Source: an uncultured Mitsuokella sp.
GTDB taxonomy: Bacteria > Bacillota > Negativicutes > Selenomonadales > Selenomonadaceae
Assembly: GCA_945873115.1 (NCBI GenBank)
Contig: CAMCBT010000005.1
Location: 69-64,068 of the forward strand
Length of the DNA: 64,000 nt
Direction of reading: 5' to 3'
Each line of letters opens with the position of its first letter. Position 1 is the stretch's first letter. Under the pieces are notes generated by a model that worked only from the letters and a program-made list of their open reading frames with translations, made no database searches and was not told where the DNA came from. Shown here one piece after another: positions 63,949 through 64,000 of this stretch. The position numbers and the translations under genes were made by a program.

Positions 63949-64000
63949 TTTGCTTCCCTCCTTGATTGTTTTACTGCAGCATGATGTCTAATGCCTGCTG

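Overview
This is a chromosomal window from a moderately GC-rich, Firmicutes-type genome. The evidence is a PolC-type replicase, two T-box leaders and an ecfA1-ecfA2-ecfT module. A Negativicutes/Selenomonas-like origin is plausible but is only inference. I support about 50 protein genes, mostly on the minus strand, and nearly all are housekeeping. Amino-acid metabolism: aroF-tyrA behind a Tyr T-box, leuA behind a Leu T-box, aspartate kinase, AspC-like and D-amino-acid aminotransferases. Central carbon metabolism: nifJ/PFOR, class II aldolase, a PPi-type phosphofructokinase, a 5S-type carboxyltransferase. DNA metabolism: polC, mutS-mutL, nth, recD2. RNA and ribosome modification: miaB, mtaB, rsmE, prmA, an RluA-family synthase, an RsmJ-like methyltransferase. 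Transporters: AGCS symporter, PiT plus DUF47, uracil permease, ECF. There are also two tRNAs, Pro-CGG and Leu-UAG. Accessory or decaying material is confined to a few spots: (1) a frameshifted, 5'-truncated large serine recombinase at the left edge; (2) a roughly 0.45 kb IS-derived remnant at 14.7-15.1 kb, whose terminal motif recurs as a solo copy at 42.7 kb, in both cases directly against a terminator; (3) a two-gene islet between pfp and leuA (44.2-45.5 kb) encoding an orphan RelA/SpoT-like (toxSAS/Tas1-like) nucleotidyltransferase and a separately transcribed acidic 104-aa protein, which is my best candidate for an undescribed toxin/neutraliser or defence module; (4) a translationally coupled pair of secreted proteins, one with a long E/R/K-rich tract (47.6-48.4 kb); (5) a lower-GC right edge with an RTX/EF-hand-like 724-aa protein and a small polytopic membrane protein. 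PolC appears to lack the proofreading exonuclease insertion entirely. No CRISPR array, rRNA or intact transposase was seen. All homology statements come from reading the translations by eye; no searches were run.
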